From contig JACPSK010000001.1 in NCBI GenBank assembly GCA_016193335.1, forward strand, positions 22,716 through 86,715: 64,000 bases of DNA, in the 5' to 3' direction. This document shows, in pieces, positions 40,033 through 49,470 of this stretch (the stretch's first letter is position 1; each line of letters opens with the position of its first letter). This DNA comes from Candidatus Magasanikiibacteriota bacterium (GTDB lineage Bacteria; Patescibacteriota; Patescibacteriia; Magasanikbacterales; UBA922). The notes under the pieces are model-generated. The model worked only from the letters and a program-made list of their open reading frames with translations. It was not told the origin of the DNA and searched no databases. The position numbers and the translations under genes are program-made.

Positions 40033-40656
40033 TTAACGGGACGAATAATATTCAATGATAAGTTTGATATCAAATAATTTTTCAAAATCATCGGCTTGGG
40101 GAAGGCTGAGCACTTTGCCTGACATAAGAGCAGGGTTCAAAGCAAGCCAGGAAGCGACATCAACTTTTGCAAGCCGTTCAGAAAGACCTTCAAAAATTTT
40201 CTTGGTTTTTTTGCTTGCTTTTATTCCTATTTCGTCCCCTACCTTAACCGTGTGGGAAGGTATATTCATTTTTTTGCCGTTCACGACAAACAAGCCATGA
40301 TTCACCATTTGTCTGGCCTGTGCTCTCGTGCCGGCAAATCCCATGCGGTATACCACATTGTCCAATCTCATTTCAAGAAGGCGCTGAACAGCCACGCTTG
40401 AGTCACCTTTCAGACGGCTTGCCTTCTGAACATAAGAGCGAAATTGACGTTCTCTGAGGCCATAGATGTATTTCGCCTTCTGTTTTTCGATGAGTTGTTT
40501 TCCAAAACTTGAAACTGAAGAGCGTTTGTAAGTGGCGCCATGGACGCCCGGTTTTTGTTGCAATCTCCGCGCTACCTTCGTGGCATTTGTCTTTAAACCC
40601 AAATGCAGTCCAAAACGGCGGGCTATTTTATTTTTCGGTCCTGTATATTTTCCCAT
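40033..40656 (-). CDS. rpsD: 30S ribosomal protein S4
   Basis: MGKYTGPKNKIARRFG N-terminus and S4 domain. Confidence 0.9.
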   Translation of the reverse strand: MGKYTGPKNKIARRFGLHLGLKTNATKVARRLQQKPGVHGATYKRSSVSSFGKQLIEKQKAKYIYGLRERQFRSYVQKASRLKGDSSVAVQRLLEMRLDNVVYRMGFAGTRAQARQMVNHGLFVVNGKKMNIPSHTVKVGDEIGIKASKKTKKIFEGLSERLAKVDVASWLALNPALMSGKVLSLPQADDFEKLFDIKLIIEYYSSR

Positions 40657-40680
40657 AGAAAAAAATAATACCTCTGCTAT

Positions 40681-41079
40681 TTATACTCTCCTGCGCTTGG
40701 GCGGTCTGCATCCGTTATGTGGAATCGGGGTTATATCTTTTACCGACAAAACCTGAACACCATTGGCGTTCAAAGCGCGAATCGCGCCTTCTCTGCCACC
40801 GCCAATTCCTTTTACCAATACATTCACTTCTTTTAAACCGGTCACCTTTACATCATCCACAACCTTTTTAACCACTTTGCTCGCCGCATAAGGAGTTGCC
40901 TTTTTAGGACCTTTAAATCCTACGTTTCCAGAACTCGCCCAAGCCAAAACATCTCCGTTTTGGTCGGTAATGGTAACGATGGTATTATTGAAAGAAGCCT
41001 GTATATAGACTCTCCCATGAGAGACATGTTTAATCAGTTTCTTTTTCTTTTTGTTACCTGTCTTCTCTGTCTTTGCCAT
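40681..41079 (-). CDS. rpsK: 30S ribosomal protein S11
   Basis: GRVYIQASFNNTIVTITDQNGDVLAWASSG. Confidence 0.9.
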   Translation of the reverse strand: MAKTEKTGNKKKKKLIKHVSHGRVYIQASFNNTIVTITDQNGDVLAWASSGNVGFKGPKKATPYAASKVVKKVVDDVKVTGLKEVNVLVKGIGGGREGAIRALNANGVQVLSVKDITPIPHNGCRPPKRRRV

Positions 41080-41136
41080 AGCAATGTAAAACTATTAAAT
41101 TCTCCGCGTTGGTGAGCGCGGGATATAGCAGTACTT

Positions 41137-41523
41137 TTAGGTCTTTTGAGCAGGCCCTTTCTTTCCGCTTGGCGCAAGATTACGCTTATTGCCGCGCACG
41201 GTCCTTGAATTGGTTTTTGTCCGTTGTCCCCGCACCGGCAAGTTGCGGCTGTGACGTACTCCTCGATAGCATTTTATATCTTTAAGACGCTTGATGTTCG
41301 CTCGCACTTCCCGTCTCAAATCTCCTTCAGTTTTGTATTTCTGTTCCATGATACTGCGAATCCGGTCTTCTTGTTCTTGAGTCAAATCTTTTACCCGTGT
41401 ATTCTCATCTATGGACGCGGCCTTCAAAATAGAACGCGCCGCGCTCTCGCCGATACCATAGACATATGTTAATGAAATTACGACTCGTTTTTGTTTTGGA
41501 ATTGTCACTCCTGCGACTCTCAT
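41137..41523 (-). CDS. rpsM: 30S ribosomal protein S13 (start taken at internal MRVAGVTIP)
   Basis: [25 protein letters not shown]. The listed ORF extends 32 codons further upstream, which would overlap rpmJ spacing. Confidence 0.85.
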   Translation of the reverse strand: MRVAGVTIPKQKRVVISLTYVYGIGESAARSILKAASIDENTRVKDLTQEQEDRIRSIMEQKYKTEGDLRREVRANIKRLKDIKCYRGVRHSRNLPVRGQRTKTNSRTVRGNKRNLAPSGKKGPAQKT

Positions 41524-41560
41524 ACTTAGAGGTATAAATGCTAATAATGTTAGGCAAAGC

Positions 41561-41698
41561 TCAGGCGCTTTTAATCCGCTGTTTTGTTCCTTGACGTTGC
41601 TTATGTCTGGTATTTTCACAGATTACAAAGACCACTCCCCGTCTTCGAACAATTTTACAGTTATTGCAACGTTTTTTTACTGAAGAGCGCACCTTCAT
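41561..41698 (-). CDS. rpmJ: 50S ribosomal protein L36 (with 8-aa C-terminal extension)
   Basis: [37 protein letters not shown]. Confidence 0.85.
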   Translation of the reverse strand: MKVRSSVKKRCNNCKIVRRRGVVFVICENTRHKQRQGTKQRIKSA

Positions 41699-41781
41699 AA
41701 GTCTTCTTGGATAAAAAAATACCAACCACTGCCGCGATATCAACCCCCAACCTAGTCAGGGTACACCGCACTGGTTGATTG

Positions 41782-42000
41782 TTAGAGTCTAAACGTAATA
41801 CGTCCTTTTGTTAAATCGTATGGTGTCAATTCCACCTTTACTTCGTCTCCAATCCCGAGTCTGATTCGGTTCATGCGCATTTTTCCCGATAAGTGAGCTA
41901 TGACCTCGTGATCGTTTTCCAATTTAACTCGGAATTTCCCGGCCGGAAGAAGTTCTTCTACAAAACCCCTTACTTCCAGCACCGTATCTTTTTTCCCCAT
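41782..42000 (-). CDS. infA: Translation initiation factor IF-1
   Basis: 72-aa S1-like OB fold: [36 protein letters not shown]. Confidence 0.9.
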   Translation of the reverse strand: MGKKDTVLEVRGFVEELLPAGKFRVKLENDHEVIAHLSGKMRMNRIRLGIGDEVKVELTPYDLTKGRITFRL

Positions 42001-42123
42001 GTTTCAAATAATTTAACTGGCAGTATTTTAACTTATATATAAAATAGTGTCAAGTGGCTTAAGAAAACGCGAAAAAACAGATATTTGGCTAAATTTAGAT
42101 GTTTTAGGAGATATCTCTCTATC

Positions 42124-42546
42124 TTATTCACATGGCACGACCTCATCTTTGTATACCCAGTATTTAAAAAGCAAAAAATTCCAGCTTACCGCCACCATAA
42201 TGGTGCATATCCTGACCAAGCGATAATCAAAATCAAAAACACCGTTAAATACATACATACTGGCTACTGAAAAAGAATAATTGAATACAGAGAGTATAAG
42301 ATAACGGACCAATTGTTTGTGGGGCAGAGAGACACTCTTGAAAGACCAATATTTGTTTAAGGTAAAATTGTAGGCCATGAGAAGAGCTTGATTAAAAAAT
42401 ACAGCCATAGTCGGAGAAAGGCTCAAAAATTCTTTAAAAACAATGAGCGTGCCCATATCTATAAATACACCACTCGTGCCTACGACCGTATATTTAAAAA
42501 ATTCATAACGCAGGGTCCAACAAAAACGTAATACCCGTTTTACCAT
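42124..42546 (-). CDS. GtrA-family membrane protein
   Basis: 4-TM layout, FFKYTVVGTSGVFIDMG. Confidence 0.65.
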   Translation of the reverse strand: MVKRVLRFCWTLRYEFFKYTVVGTSGVFIDMGTLIVFKEFLSLSPTMAVFFNQALLMAYNFTLNKYWSFKSVSLPHKQLVRYLILSVFNYSFSVASMYVFNGVFDFDYRLVRICTIMVAVSWNFLLFKYWVYKDEVVPCE

Positions 42547-42557
42547 AAAGACAAAAA

Positions 42558-44477
42558 TTAACTCAGAACGGCTTTTATCCGGCGAAGCCCGGCTCCCACT
42601 GATTCTTCTTTGGTGATTTTAAAATGGCCGAGAACCCCCGTGTGCTCCACATGCGGACCTCCGCAGAATTCACGGCTAAATGTTTCGGCATCTGGATCGG
42701 CTTCGGCCTTTTGATTTTGATCTCCTACGGTATAGATTTTTACTTTATCTCCATAATTCTCCTCAAAAAGCCCGATAGCGCCTTTTTTTCTGGCCTCTTC
42801 CACGCTCATCATTTCAAAACTAACCCGATAATCCCTCTGAATAGCCGCGTTTACCAAATGTTCAAGCTCCTTAATTTGTTCATCAGTCAACTTGTCCGGA
42901 TGGGCAAAATCAAAACGCAGACGTTCGGGCGTGATATTGCTTCCTTTCTGCGTGGCATGTCTTCCCAACACTTTTATCGTAGCGGCATGCAATAAATGGG
43001 TGGCCGTATGATATTTGACGCTCATCTCGCTATGATCGGCAAGACCGCCTTTGAATTTTTTTTCCGAACCGGATCTCGATATGTTCTGATGCTTTTCTTT
43101 CTCAAAATCAAAGGTCTTTATATCCACTTTCAAAGCATGTTCCCGAGCGAGTTCTTCGGTAAGTTCTATGGGGAAACCGTAGGTCTGGTATAGATCAAAG
43201 GCCTGCTCTCCGCTTATCTCAGAATCAGGGGCCAATCCTCCCGTCAAATCCGCAAAACGCTTCATGCCCTTTTCCAAAGTGCGAGCAAATTTGGCTTCTT
43301 CTTTTTCTAACTCCAAAATAATATGTCCTGAACGCTCAAAAAGAGCGGGATATGCTTTTTTGTATGTCTCTATGTACACGCGAGCTACCATAGCGCTAAA
43401 CTGGCCCTGTATTCCAAGCTTATGAGCAAAACGCACAGAACGCCGTATGAGACGGCGCACAAAATAGCCTTGGTCTTTGTTCGATGGAAAAGCGTTGTCA
43501 GCGATCAAAAAAACGGCGGCTCTCAGATGATCGAGAATGACTCGAAAAGCAAAAGAATCTTCTCGATCCTTACCATATATTTTGCCTGAAAGATTCTCAA
43601 GAACTACCAGAGCCTCAGCAAATACGTCTATTCTAAATATATCCATATCATCATTCAAAGCCGCCGCCATTCGCTCCAAGCCGCCGCCAAAATCTACATT
43701 CCGCTGGGCTAATTTCTCAAATCCATTCGCCGTTTTCTTGTATTCCATAAACACGCTATTGCCGATTTCCAAAAACCGACCGCAATCGCAATTTACATGG
43801 CAAGGCTTGTCTTTCCATCGTGATATTTGGTGAAGACCCAAGGCCTCGCCAAAATCCCAAAACATTTCCGTATCAGGTCCTCCGGGCTCGCCCTCAGGCA
43901 TGTTTTCCGGTTTCCCTGATCTGCTCCACCAATTTTTTGTTTCGTCGTAATAAAAAATGCGACCGCCTTGCATGCCGTCACGCTCGGAAAAATCCACAAT
44001 CTCAGCCTCTATTCCTTTTCCTTGATATAATATTTTCCATAAACCCGCCGATTCTTGGTCTTTCGGAATGTTCAGATCTTCATTTCCGCGAAAACAGGTT
44101 ACATACAAGCGTTTGGGATCAAGACCCAGTCTGTCGCATACAAATTCAAAAATCCAGGGGATCTGCTCTTGTTTAAAATAATCCCCCAAAGACCAATTGC
44201 CAAGCATTTCAAAAAATACCGTGTGTCTATTGTCTCCCACATCGTCTATATCTTGAGCGCGAAAACATTTTTGACTATCCGCGAGTCTGGTGCCTGAAGG
44301 ATGAACTTCTCCCAAAAGATAGGGCACCATAGGTTGCATGCCAGATCCCGTAAACAAAGTACTCGGATCATTTTCAGGAAGCAGAGAAGCGGAAGGCAGT
44401 ATTTCATGCCCTCTTTCTTTGTAAAAAGATACATAAGCTTGTCTGATCTGATCTGCGGTCTTCATAAATGACAACAT
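42558..44477 (-). CDS. alaS: Alanine--tRNA ligase, short form (catalytic + tRNA-recognition + editing core; no C-terminal C-Ala domain)
   Basis: N-terminal ADQIRQAYVSFYKERGHEILPSASLLPENDPSTLFTGSGMQPMVPY, HxxxH-type editing region and FCGGPHVEHTGVLGHFKI. 639 aa versus about 870 aa for the canonical enzyme. Confidence 0.85.
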   Translation of the reverse strand: MLSFMKTADQIRQAYVSFYKERGHEILPSASLLPENDPSTLFTGSGMQPMVPYLLGEVHPSGTRLADSQKCFRAQDIDDVGDNRHTVFFEMLGNWSLGDYFKQEQIPWIFEFVCDRLGLDPKRLYVTCFRGNEDLNIPKDQESAGLWKILYQGKGIEAEIVDFSERDGMQGGRIFYYDETKNWWSRSGKPENMPEGEPGGPDTEMFWDFGEALGLHQISRWKDKPCHVNCDCGRFLEIGNSVFMEYKKTANGFEKLAQRNVDFGGGLERMAAALNDDMDIFRIDVFAEALVVLENLSGKIYGKDREDSFAFRVILDHLRAAVFLIADNAFPSNKDQGYFVRRLIRRSVRFAHKLGIQGQFSAMVARVYIETYKKAYPALFERSGHIILELEKEEAKFARTLEKGMKRFADLTGGLAPDSEISGEQAFDLYQTYGFPIELTEELAREHALKVDIKTFDFEKEKHQNISRSGSEKKFKGGLADHSEMSVKYHTATHLLHAATIKVLGRHATQKGSNITPERLRFDFAHPDKLTDEQIKELEHLVNAAIQRDYRVSFEMMSVEEARKKGAIGLFEENYGDKVKIYTVGDQNQKAEADPDAETFSREFCGGPHVEHTGVLGHFKITKEESVGAGLRRIKAVLS

Positions 44478-44485
44478 ATCTTAAC

Positions 44486-44779
44486 TCAGGGAGTGAATTC
44501 GTCTATAAGAACAACCAGCTGATCTTTGAGACCGACGGTGTCCCCTGTTTCCGGAAAATCATTCCAAGACAGCAAAGCGTAGTCCACAGTATCATCAAAT
44601 CTGATTCCTGTCCGCGAAGCTGCTTTTCGGATGAGAATTCTTCGCAATTCTTCACCCAAATTGTCCCAAAACCATTGAGCATTTTCCGTTTTTCTCTCCT
44701 GCTCGCCTAATTCAGGACGGACTGGTTCTGAATCAGAGGGCCTATCAAAATGAAGATACTCGTTGCTATCGTTCTGCAT
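44486..44779 (-). CDS. Hypothetical small acidic protein
   Basis: ORF only. Confidence 0.3.
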   Translation of the reverse strand: MQNDSNEYLHFDRPSDSEPVRPELGEQERKTENAQWFWDNLGEELRRILIRKAASRTGIRFDDTVDYALLSWNDFPETGDTVGLKDQLVVLIDEFTP

Positions 44780-44795
44780 AATAATGTATATTCTT

Positions 44796-45869
44796 CTAAA
44801 TAAATCCTCCTCCCAGGCATTCCCCTCTATGATAAAAAACCGCAGATTGTCCGGGACTGATGGCCTTTTGAGGCTGCTGAAACCGCAGGATTCCGTTATT
44901 TTCCAAAGTCACACTCTGAAGATCCTGCCGATGTCGCAAACGCACTTCACAGTGTAACGGAAATTCTGGCTCTTGTCCACAAATCCAATGAATGTCCTTC
45001 AGACAAATTTCTTTTTTAAATAATAAAGGATTGTCTTCTCTTCCCACCAAAAGCCTGTTCCGTTCAAAATCTTTATCCAACACAAAAAGAGGCTCTCCGC
45101 CACCGCTTTGTTCAAAACCATGTCTCTGGCCAATGGTGTAAAAGGCGAGTCCTTCGTGTTGTCCTATAACTTCGCCGCTCTCGCAAAATACAATATCGCC
45201 CGGGTTCTTTGCTATCTTTTTTTGCAAAAACTCTTTCATGGGAACTTCTCCCACAAAGCAAATGCCCATGCTCTCCTCTTTTTCAGCGGTGGGGAGTTGA
45301 AATTGCCTGGCCAGCTCTCGCACTTCTTGTTTGTTGTACCTGCCAATCGGAAATACCGCGCGGGAAAGCTGACTTTGATTGAGCTGGTGTAAAAAATAAG
45401 TCTGGTCTTTGTCCCCGTCTTTTGCCATCATCAATCTAAAAATAGAGTCCCCGTCCTGTTTTCGTTCTTCATTGATATTCGCGTAATGGCCCGTGGCCAA
45501 TTGTTCAAAGCCCAATTCCTGAACTTTTTCAAGCCAGACCCCGAATTTTATGAATGAATTGCACAAAACATCGGGATTCGGAGTCCTGCCGGCTCTGTAT
45601 TCGGAAAACATCTGATCCAAAACCAGAGACCTGTATTGCCGAGTAAAATCAATTTTAATGAGACCTATGCCAAGACATGCGGCCACCCGAAGGGCGTCCT
45701 GGTAATCTGCGGTATAGCAGGGCAGACCGTAGCGATCATGCTCAACAAAATTCACCATGAAGGCCCCCGTAACATCATAACCCCGTTCCACCAGCAGAGC
45801 CGCGGCCACAGATGAGTCTACACCGCCGGACATGGCCACCAGGATTTTTTTATTTTTGTTCTTCTTCAC
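44796..45869 (-). CDS. mnmA: tRNA-specific 2-thiouridylase MnmA
   Basis: PP-loop KILVAMSGGVDSSVAAALL, CNSFIKFGVW. Confidence 0.9.
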   Translation of the reverse strand: MKKNKNKKILVAMSGGVDSSVAAALLVERGYDVTGAFMVNFVEHDRYGLPCYTADYQDALRVAACLGIGLIKIDFTRQYRSLVLDQMFSEYRAGRTPNPDVLCNSFIKFGVWLEKVQELGFEQLATGHYANINEERKQDGDSIFRLMMAKDGDKDQTYFLHQLNQSQLSRAVFPIGRYNKQEVRELARQFQLPTAEKEESMGICFVGEVPMKEFLQKKIAKNPGDIVFCESGEVIGQHEGLAFYTIGQRHGFEQSGGGEPLFVLDKDFERNRLLVGREDNPLLFKKEICLKDIHWICGQEPEFPLHCEVRLRHRQDLQSVTLENNGILRFQQPQKAISPGQSAVFYHRGECLGGGFI

Positions 45870-46501
45870 AAGACGATCGGCTTAATTTGCTCTTTCAAAA
45901 ATGTTTTATAAAACGTGTTGACCGGCTCCATCAATTTTTGTTCTTCTATGATGCGCTTCGCAGTTTCGGTTCTTATCCAATACAAGCAGTCATATTCAAA
46001 ACGCATGTCTTGTTGGATTTTTTCCTTATCTCCGTTTCTGTATTCAGTAATTCGCTGTATCCCTATTTCACCGAACAAATCCAATTTATCCGCGTCACGC
46101 AAAATCCAGGCCAATTCATAGTCATCGGCCGCGTTGTTCCAATGATAGCGAACCGTGTACAAAAGAGCTATCTTTTGCTCCCTGCCCAAAATCTTGAAAC
46201 GATCATCCTCATTGAACCAGGCACGCAAGAGTTCATAAGAAAATTCGTGATGGCTCAGCTTTCTTTTTTCTGCTTTATAATGTTCAATGGCTCTGCCTAT
46301 ATCGTGTACAAGACCGGCCAACTCACACAAGTATACATCTTTATATCCTTCACCCTCTGCTATCACTACCGCATGTTCGGCCACTCGTTCGGCATGATCG
46401 AGGTTGTGCCCTTTCACCGGATAGTCTTGAAAGAGCTTGGCTACTTTTTCTCTGGCAGAATGTACCAGTTCGGCTTGGACGATGGAATAATCTTTTTTCA
46501 T
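45866..46501 (-). CDS. HD-domain phosphohydrolase
   Basis: H...HD motif (HNLDHAERV...GLVHDIGR). Confidence 0.7.
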   Translation of the reverse strand: MKKDYSIVQAELVHSAREKVAKLFQDYPVKGHNLDHAERVAEHAVVIAEGEGYKDVYLCELAGLVHDIGRAIEHYKAEKRKLSHHEFSYELLRAWFNEDDRFKILGREQKIALLYTVRYHWNNAADDYELAWILRDADKLDLFGEIGIQRITEYRNGDKEKIQQDMRFEYDCLYWIRTETAKRIIEEQKLMEPVNTFYKTFLKEQIKPIVL

Positions 46502-46655
46502 ATATTACTTACAACTTAAATCAAAAGACATTCAAGCAGGGCTCATTGTAACAAAACCAAAACAGAAATCAAGAAATACCCCGAAAGGTATTCCAGATTT
46601 GTCATTTTCTATATTACTAATTTCAAAATTTTCCACCAATTACCGTATCGTATCC

Positions 46656-47756
46656 TCAGAGCCCACGGAACAAAGGTAACCCATTGTCCGGACTCACCGG
46701 AACATACACCGTGCCTTCTCGATCCTTGAGATTCTGTATGTACAAATAATGCAGATAATTTTGAGTGAGACTTTCATTGATGATTTTTTGCGCGTCGCGC
46801 TGTCCTTGCGCCTCCACTCGCTTGCGTTCCGCTTCCTTCAATTCTCGGTCAAGCAAAAAATCATAACGTTCTGCTTCTTGTTCTGCCTGAAGTTTTTGTT
46901 GGATGCTTTCAGCCAAGTTGGCTGGCAACTGTACATGTCTCAGCAAAACTTCTTCCATTTCAATGCCTCTTTGTTCAAGACGTCTTTTGAGCCCATCTAA
47001 AATTTGGGTCGCCGCCTCTTCGCGTTTTTCCGAGTAAATATCTTTGGCTTCGTATTGAGCTATAATCTCCCGTATCATGCTCCTGATCTGCGGACGTATA
47101 ATGATTTCATCATAGTCCAGTCCTACTTCTCTATATAAGTCAGAAGCTTTGTCTTCTATGAGATGATACAAAACCGTTATGTCGAGATCAACACTCAGAC
47201 CTTCTTTGGTAAGAGCGGATATGGCATCGGAACCAACGCGCCTCCCCTCCCCTTGAGCCACGCTCATAGTATATTCCTGGGTGCGGATTATCATCTTCGT
47301 GACTTTTACGAGAGGATTTTTGAGATGGAAACCGGAACGAAATTCCTTGTCTCTCACTTTACCAAAAAAAGACTGCACGCCTGTTTCTCCCGCTTCCACG
47401 ACCACCCAAAAACTGCTCGCAAAAATAATGCCAAAAAAAATAAAAAAAGAAAACAAAATCCCCCACTTTATCCTCCTCTTTTTATCCGGGTTTATGATAT
47501 TCATAGATGCGGTTACATTAAATTTGTTATTATCGTGAGCTGAATGGGAAGAATTAAAAGCTTGCCCGGCTTTTCGAAAAGAAGCAAACAAGGATCCTGA
47601 CCACATTTTGAAAGCAGGGTGATGTTCTCGCAAAACAAAAAAAAGAACCGCAATGCCGATGAACACAAAAAAACCAGATCCACTGAATATCCCCAAGAAC
47701 AATAGTATAAACCCGGCTCCGAGGCCTCGATTCAGTGGTGAAAATGATTTATGCAT
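46656..47756 (-). CDS. SPFH/band-7 (prohibitin/HflC-like) membrane protein
   Basis: N-terminal TM then band-7 domain and coiled coil (QQKLQAEQEAERYDF). Confidence 0.7.
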   Translation of the reverse strand: MHKSFSPLNRGLGAGFILLFLGIFSGSGFFVFIGIAVLFFVLREHHPAFKMWSGSLFASFRKAGQAFNSSHSAHDNNKFNVTASMNIINPDKKRRIKWGILFSFFIFFGIIFASSFWVVVEAGETGVQSFFGKVRDKEFRSGFHLKNPLVKVTKMIIRTQEYTMSVAQGEGRRVGSDAISALTKEGLSVDLDITVLYHLIEDKASDLYREVGLDYDEIIIRPQIRSMIREIIAQYEAKDIYSEKREEAATQILDGLKRRLEQRGIEMEEVLLRHVQLPANLAESIQQKLQAEQEAERYDFLLDRELKEAERKRVEAQGQRDAQKIINESLTQNYLHYLYIQNLKDREGTVYVPVSPDNGLPLFRGL

Positions 47757-47758
47757 GT

Positions 47759-48727
47759 TTATGCTTTAAGCGTGGTGATAGGTCGGCTCTGGGTTATGTA
47801 AAATGAATTTCCCTCGCGAGCCCATTCAATATCACAGGGAAAACCATAATATTCTTCTATCTTTTTACAAATTCCGGCAAGTTCAATAATATCTTTCCCC
47901 TGTAATTTTTGTTTCTTTCCGGCCTCAAAGGTTTCTACCCATTCATTTGATTCTTTTGATTCTTCATGTTCTCCCATTTTATCTTTTCTGAGCAGCTGTT
48001 TTTCTTGATGAGAAACGCTAATATCAAGAATCATCATATCCGCTTTATCCACGACGTAGCTGTCCGGAGTGATCTGTCCACTTACCAGGGCTTCGCCAAG
48101 ACCAAGGCCCGCTTCTATGATCATCTGGTTTTTATCTTCAATAACCGGGTGCACGGTAAAGGCAACACCCGAAACTTCCGACTGAATCATTCTTTGAATG
48201 ACTACCGCCACTGAAACCGGAGTGTCATGCAGTTTTTTTTCAAAACGATAAAAAATGGCTCTGGGAGTAAACAAAGAAGACCAACATTGTTTAACGCGAT
48301 CCAGTAAATCCGTCTGGTTTGTGTTCAAAAAAGTATCCAACTCCCCTGCCCAGCTTGCTATTTCACTGTCTTCGGCAGTGGCGCTGGAACGCACAGCCAC
48401 ATAGGCCGCGCCAAGCTCTTGATAAGCCTGCAGGATCTCTTCGGACAAGTCTTTTGGCAGGGCGGCGTCGTGGATAAGATCTCTTATCACGTTGGCTGCC
48501 TTGTCTACAGAATTTATGTCTTCAGGGTTCACTTCTTTGAGCCTAGCCTCTATTTCTCCGGCAAGATCAGTTTCATCGATAAAACGATCAAAGGCTGAGG
48601 AAATCAGCACAAAACCAGGAGGCACTGATAAGCCTGCTTTTGTTAATTCTCCTAGAGAAGCGCCTTTCCCCCCTGCGAGGCGAACATCTTTTTTCGAGAT
48701 TTCGGTAAACGATTTTAGATATTTCAT
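47759..48727 (-). CDS. Stand-alone PPDK_N nucleotide-binding (ATP-grasp-like) domain protein of the PEP synthase/pyruvate phosphate dikinase/rifampin phosphotransferase family; no His domain
   Basis: GGKGASLGEL...SVPPGFVLIS, VAVRSSATAEDSEIASWAGELDTFLN, VAVVIQRMIQSEVSGVAFTVHP, FPCDIEWAREGNSFYITQSRPIT. Confidence 0.8.
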   Translation of the reverse strand: MKYLKSFTEISKKDVRLAGGKGASLGELTKAGLSVPPGFVLISSAFDRFIDETDLAGEIEARLKEVNPEDINSVDKAANVIRDLIHDAALPKDLSEEILQAYQELGAAYVAVRSSATAEDSEIASWAGELDTFLNTNQTDLLDRVKQCWSSLFTPRAIFYRFEKKLHDTPVSVAVVIQRMIQSEVSGVAFTVHPVIEDKNQMIIEAGLGLGEALVSGQITPDSYVVDKADMMILDISVSHQEKQLLRKDKMGEHEESKESNEWVETFEAGKKQKLQGKDIIELAGICKKIEEYYGFPCDIEWAREGNSFYITQSRPITTLKA

Positions 48728-48975
48728 GAATACAGCATAGCAGAAAAAATTGACAAAAACAAGAAAAAAGGATATGTCAGGAATGGCACACCAGGGCTGC
48801 CAATAGGGGTCTGTACTTTTCTCGGCAGCTCTACATAACCTGCTCTTTTGTCCTCATAGACTGCGGACGCGCCGATAAACGGTTCTCACCTTTACCGTTT
48901 GGCGCGTCCGCTTCCCACCACTCATAAAATATCTTCTTTTCAGACAAGCCCAAAATTCGCTTGTACGAATTTTGG

Positions 48976-49383
48976 TCAGGATCCAAATTTAACCTCATGT
49001 TTTTTTTCGAAACTTCGCATGAATTTCTTAAAACTCAAGCTGTCTTTGGCAAAGGCATTCCCGTCTTCTTGAACTTTATTTTCCAAATTTTTAAGCCGTT
49101 CATTATTATCTTCTACTGTCATTTGGATACCCATCAAACGTCCATTGACCGATGCGAGATTTATTTCAAGTTCTGAGACGTTTTGTTTTAACACAGAGAC
49201 ATCCTGCTTGAGGACAGAGACATCCCGCTTCAACACAGATACATCAGCTTCCACGATATTGAGGCTGGACTGCATGGCGGCATTGTCTTTTATAAAAACC
49301 ACGATTTCTAATATTTCATCAATTTTTTTGCCAAAATTTTCAAACATACAAACCTCCTTAAAAATTATACCTTCCATTATCAA
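48976..49383 (-). CDS. Small coiled-coil protein, paralog of 58597..58932; contains three tandem 21-nt (heptad DVSVLKx) repeats
   Basis: N-terminus FENFGKKIDEILEIVVFIKDNAA matches FEEKLNDILDIVIFIKDTAA of the paralog. Repeats at about 49195..49262. Confidence 0.5.
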   Translation of the reverse strand: MIMEGIIFKEVCMFENFGKKIDEILEIVVFIKDNAAMQSSLNIVEADVSVLKRDVSVLKQDVSVLKQNVSELEINLASVNGRLMGIQMTVEDNNERLKNLENKVQEDGNAFAKDSLSFKKFMRSFEKKHEVKFGS

Positions 49384-49470
49384 GCAAGCATATTTTCAGG
49401 TCAAGGACAAAGATTAAATTTTGGTAAATCTTATTTCGGAAGACCCTCGATATCCAAAAAACTCAGTGTC

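Noticed and set aside
48745-48775. TTGACA-like hexamer at about 48752 as a promoter
   Set aside because: No convincing -10 at proper spacing and no downstream plus-strand gene.
49190-49265. Possible CRISPR-like short repeat array
   Set aside because: Only three imperfect 21-nt in-frame repeats inside a coding coiled-coil gene, with no spacers or cas genes. No CRISPR array elsewhere in the window.
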